DNA from: Spirogloea muscicola
Lineage: Eukaryota
Assembly: GCA_009602725.1 (NCBI GenBank)
Contig: WELB01000024.1
Span: 441,003-461,002, forward strand
DNA: 20,000 nt
Direction of reading: 5' to 3'
Below are positions 18,836 to 20,000 of the stretch, in pieces. Made by a program: the position numbers and the translations under genes. Positions within the stretch are counted from its first letter, which is position 1. Every line of letters starts with the position of its first letter. The notes below the pieces were generated by a model. That model was not told where the DNA came from, did not search any database, and saw nothing but the letters and a program-made list of their open reading frames with translations.

Positions 18836-19826
18836 TCATCTGCTACCCTTCTCCTCAATGCACTTGCCCTCGGTGATGCCCTCAGCATCCATATCAGAGA
18901 GACCGTCCCCTTTCCCTGCGCTTTGGGGTGCTGGCGCGTGGCGCCGCACCTTGCGTTGTGCCCTTGCCACGTCCAAGGCATCTACCTGATTCCCAGGCCA
19001 CAGCAACATTTGAGGAACCACTAAGCCCCATGTTGTATAAGTCCAGAGCACACAATTTGATAGTTACTGCAGGTGCGGCGCTGGCGCCGGGCCACAGACC
19101 TGCTTCCGGAGCTGAGCGGCAATGTCGGTGGCGCGGCCAGCGGCGATGCGCATGCAGCGCAGTACCTGGGCCGGTGGCACGCCAGCGCCGCCAGCCTTCT
19201 GGACAGCACACACCTCACCTTGCGTGTTGAGTGACAACGTCAGGCGCGCTCCGGCTGCTGCCTCCTCCTTGATACTGGGGTCCAGCACCTGCGCCACAGC
19301 ACCCGGCACAAATAAGATCCCAAGCTACAATGTCAAGAGGTGAAGACTATATTTCAACATAGATCCTGATGACCAACAGAATAAGAATAGCCATTGTGAA
19401 GAAAACCTTCTGTGATTGTTCAACCCAAGGCCAGTTCTGAAGGCTCGAACACACATAAATGAAAGCATCACTTTCTCCGTGCCAGTGTCAGGCTGAGGGG
19501 CAGTGGGGCTGCGCTTACGATGAGGTCGCCCTCGTCACCGAAAAAGGCAAAGGTGACGGCAACGGGCAGGTGGTGCAACGTCAGAGGTATCGGGTCACGG
19601 TCCTGCATCGCGCAAGCTGGCAGACGTCATGTGCTCGGCGCGCTGCCACTACCAAAGGAGGAGGGCTCGGCTGCCATTGGCGAAGGGGTGAAGCACTCAC
19701 ACTGCACTTACCTCCGGGGCGTGCACGATGACAGACTGGCCGTCCTCGCCGCCAAGTGAGCACTCGGGCCGCCGGAAAGAGAGCAGCGCTGCCAATGCTG
19801 CGATGTTGGCGGCATCGACGAGGTTC
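18836..19826 (-). CDS. RRP45: Exosome complex RNase PH-like subunit RRP45 (EXOSC9/CER7 family), 3' exons; 5' part lies beyond the window
   Basis: GT-AG exons in phase: 19826-19712 (NLVDAANIAALAALLSFRRPECSLGGEDGQSVIVHAPE), 19602-19519 (DRDPIPLTLHHLPVAVTFAFFGDEGDLI), 19288-19100 (VLDPSIKEE..LNTQGEVCAVQKAGGAGV..LRCMRIA), 18985-18836 (VDALDVARAQRKVRRH..EKGSR*). Confidence 0.9.
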
Positions 19827-19907
19827 CTGACAAGGTGCACACGTGAGACACGATGAGGATGGAAGCACGCACAGAGAAGGCGCAAAGGAGAGGATAAAGG
19901 ACGTGGC

Positions 19908-20000
19908 AAGGAGAGGTAGCGAGGAGAGGAGGAGGGGGAGGGGAAGAGGGAGAGGGAGGGAGAGAGGGAGGGAGAGAGAGAGAGGGAGTGGAGAGGGAGG
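19908..20000. repeat. GA-rich polypurine low-complexity tract in an RRP45 intron
   Basis: Run of gagagg/gaggga/gagaga units continuing to the window edge. Confidence 0.9.

Overview
Eukaryotic, intron-rich DNA that looks like a green plant or streptophyte alga (inferred from a plant-type LRR cap and GT-AG introns). All analysis was done by eye. (1) 125-6147 (+): 15 visible exons of an apparently extracellular protein with an LRRNT cap, about 9 LRRs, a poly-Pro linker and a long Cys-rich modular tail, with no TM or kinase domain. (2) About 6.7-16.8 kb: a dense nest of CRE-like, restriction-like-endonuclease (RLE) non-LTR retrotransposons. It holds one 5'-truncated copy with an open RT-CCHC-RLE frame (13366-16282) and many 3' fragments from at least five diverged families, whose ORFs all end L(T/S)(R/H)(G/D)Y*. 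The copies end in GC-rich hairpins followed by a T/C-rich tail rather than poly(A). Several carry 5-12 bp TSDs, several are inserted into one another, and one has a twin-priming-type 5' inversion. The same region also contains a TG..CA inverted-repeat element (7424-8000), a frameshifted FREE1-like exon and a 111-bp satellite. (3) A bHLH-like ORF ending at 18050 (+) and the 3' exons of exosome subunit RRP45 (-), which continues past the right edge.
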